A stretch of DNA of 32,000 nucleotides. Origin: Mycobacterium leprae TN (GTDB taxonomy: Bacteria; Actinomycetota; Actinomycetes; Mycobacteriales; Mycobacteriaceae). The translations under genes were made by a program, and so were the position numbers. Under the pieces are notes generated by a model, which saw only the letters and a list, made by a program, of their open reading frames with translations, was not told the DNA's origin and did no database searches. The stretch is taken from contig NC_002677.1 of the NCBI RefSeq assembly GCF_000195855.1, positions 90,001 through 122,000 of the forward strand. The letters run 5' to 3'. Positions 28,876 through 32,000 of the stretch are shown piece after piece (the stretch's first letter is position 1; each line of letters starts with the position of its first letter).

Positions 28876-30768
28876 GTGGTCCGGGTCAGTCTATGGGCCA
28901 GTGTGTTGCTGGTGGCTGCGTTGTTTGGTTGGGGGGCCTGGCAACGACGTTGGATCGCTGACGACGGGTTGATCGTCTTGCGCACTGTGCGCAACCTGCT
29001 GGCTGGCAACGGGCCGGTGTTCAACCAAGGTGAGCGGGTGGAGGCCAACACTTCCACGGTATGGACCTACCTACTTTATGCGGGCAGCTGGGTCGGCGGG
29101 CCGATGCGCTTCGAGTATGTGGCGTTGGCCGCGGCTCTTGTTCTTTCTGTACTTGGCATGGTGTTGCTGATGCTGGGTACAGGCCGGTTGTATGCACCTA
29201 GCTTGCAGGGTCGTCAGGCGATCATGCTGCCCGCCGGTGCGCTGGTTTACGTTGCGCTGCCGCCGGCGCGGGACTTCGCCACATCCGGTTTGGAGAGCGG
29301 CTTGGTATTGACCTATCTGGGGCTGTTGTGGTGGATGATGGTTTGTTGGGCGCAGCCACTGCGGAATCGGTCGCAAAGCCGACGATTCATCGGTGCACTG
29401 GCCTTCGTAGCGGGGTGCAGTGTTCTGGTCCGCCCCGAGTTGGCGCTGATGGGCGGGTCTGCGCTGATCATGCTGATGATCGCGGCTCGGACCTGTTGGC
29501 TTCGGGCGCTGATCGTGGTGGCTGGCGGATCCCTGCCAGTTGCCTACCAGCTTTTCCGGATGGGCTACTATGGTTTACTGGTGCCGGGTACCGCCTTGGC
29601 CAAGGACGCAGCGGGCGACAAGTGGTCACAAGGCATAATTTATCTGTCGAACTTCAACCAGCCCTACGTACTTTGGGTGCCGTTGGTGCTCTTGGTGCTG
29701 TTGGGATTGTTGCTGATGTTGATTCATCGTTGGCCATCATTTATGCACCCTCTGGAGACCCCCGACTCCGGGCGTGTGGCCCGGGCGGTACAAAGCCCGC
29801 CGGCTGTCGTGGTCTTTGTCGTCTTCAGCGGACTCCTGCAGGCGTTTTATTGGATCCGGCAAGGCGGCGACTTTATGCACGGCCGGGTGTTGTTGGCGCC
29901 GCTATTTTGTTTGCTGGCTCCGGTCGTGGTCATTCCGGTGGTGATTTCCGAAGGTGCGGACTTTTCGCGGCAGACTGGTAATTGGCTGGCAGGTGTGACC
30001 AGCCTGCTGTGGCTGGGGGTTGCGGGTTGGTCGCTGTGGGCAGCTAACTCGCCGGGGATGGGTGATGACGCCACCAACGTCAGCTACTCGGGGATCGTCG
30101 ACGAGCGACGCTTCTACGCGCAGGCAACCGGTCACGCCCATCCGTTGACTGCGGCCGATTACCTGGGTTATCCACGGATGGCTGCGGTCCTGGTAGCACT
30201 CAACAACACCCCTGACGGCGCGTTGTTGCTACCATCTGGCAACTACATTAAGTGGGATCTTGTGCCGATGATCCAGCTGTCGCCATCTTCACCAGGAAGT
30301 CCCCCGGACAGCCTAGTGTCCCAAAAACCCCAGCACACGGTATTTTTCACCAACCTCGGTATGCTTGGCATGAACGTCGGGCTCGATGTCAGGGTGATCG
30401 ACCAGATCGGGTTGGCAAATCCTCTGGCGCAGCACACCGAACGGCTGCAGCACGGCCGGATCGGGCATGACAAAAACCTCTTCCCGGACTGGGTGATCGC
30501 CGACGGTCCCTGGGTGAAATGGTACCCAGGTATTCCTGGCTATCTTGATCAGGCATGGATTGCGCAAGCGGTAGCGGCCCTGCAGTGCTCCGGGACCCAG
30601 GCGGTGCTGAGCTCGGTGCGCGCCCCGATGGCCTTGCATCGGTTCATCTCCAACCTGTTGAATTCGTTTGAGTTCACCCGGTACCGGTTCGACCGTGTTC
30701 CGCTCTACGAGCTCGTTAGGTGTGGGCTGCCGGTGCCTGACGTGCTTCCTGCTACCCCGCCCGAATGA
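28876..30768 (+). CDS. aftB: Terminal beta-(1->2)-arabinofuranosyltransferase AftB (GT-C)
   Basis: VVRVSLWASVLLVAALFGWGAWQRRWIADDGLIVLRTVRNLLAGNGPVFNQGERVEANTS aligns with the remembered Rv3805c N-terminus. It has a multi-TM N-terminal half and a soluble C-terminal domain. The start is uncertain: GTG 28876 by homology, ATG 28819 is also possible, and the track ORF starts at 28753. Confidence 0.9.
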   Translation: MVRVSLWASVLLVAALFGWGAWQRRWIADDGLIVLRTVRNLLAGNGPVFNQGERVEANTSTVWTYLLYAGSWVGGPMRFEYVALAAALVLSVLGMVLLMLGTGRLYAPSLQGRQAIMLPAGALVYVALPPARDFATSGLESGLVLTYLGLLWWMMVCWAQPLRNRSQSRRFIGALAFVAGCSVLVRPELALMGGSALIMLMIAARTCWLRALIVVAGGSLPVAYQLFRMGYYGLLVPGTALAKDAAGDKWSQGIIYLSNFNQPYVLWVPLVLLVLLGLLLMLIHRWPSFMHPLETPDSGRVARAVQSPPAVVVFVVFSGLLQAFYWIRQGGDFMHGRVLLAPLFCLLAPVVVIPVVISEGADFSRQTGNWLAGVTSLLWLGVAGWSLWAANSPGMGDDATNVSYSGIVDERRFYAQATGHAHPLTAADYLGYPRMAAVLVALNNTPDGALLLPSGNYIKWDLVPMIQLSPSSPGSPPDSLVSQKPQHTVFFTNLGMLGMNVGLDVRVIDQIGLANPLAQHTERLQHGRIGHDKNLFPDWVIADGPWVKWYPGIPGYLDQAWIAQAVAALQCSGTQAVLSSVRAPMALHRFISNLLNSFEFTRYRFDRVPLYELVRCGLPVPDVLPATPPE

Positions 30769-30829
30769 GCACTCGGCGACGATTCGCAAATGCGTGAAGT
30801 TGGCATTTTCGGTCGTTGTGTCGACCTGA

Positions 30830-32000
<1,171 letters not shown>

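Overview
The window looks like a Mycobacterium leprae-type chromosome segment. GC is moderate, gene fossils are numerous, and the SodA, 28-kDa antigen/Erp and antigen 85A sequences match what I remember for M. leprae. Gene order is collinear with, but inverted relative to, M. tuberculosis H37Rv Rv3850 -> Rv3804c (order recalled from memory).

Genes that appear intact:
- An Rv3850-like gene, truncated by the window start
- espR
- An Rv3847-like gene
- sodA, with a perfect hairpin terminator
- An Rv3843c-like zinc-ribbon membrane protein, followed by glpQ1
- pheA, followed by a histidine phosphatase
- An Rv3835-like membrane protein
- serS
- One PlsC-type acyltransferase
- A Cof-type HAD hydrolase
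- erp (28-kDa antigen)
- The arabinogalactan cluster glf-glfT2-PAP2 phosphatase-ubiA-aftB
- The 5' part of fbpA, truncated by the window end

Interspersed gene fossils:
- bfrB
- An LCP (LytR-CpsA-Psr) gene
- An Rv3836-like HExxH peptidase
- An SDR
- AraC-type and LuxR-type HTH remnants
- An APH-like kinase
- A second acyltransferase
- A Csp-like amidase/LGFP protein

A 5.7-kb coding desert (13.4-19.0 kb) sits where M. tuberculosis carries Rv3833-Rv3817, including the sulfolipid-1 locus.

I found no rRNA, tRNA, CRISPR array, transposase or IS termini.

I do not see a convincing intact novel multi-gene system. The features most worth a second look are:
- A 40-50% GC sub-island at 15.9-18.1 kb
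- A ~240-bp tract of 22-35% GC at the dead bfrB promoter
- Two perfect short tandem duplications
- A 51-codon membrane ORF below the track cut-off

All homology statements come from by-eye motif reading and memory. No searches were run.
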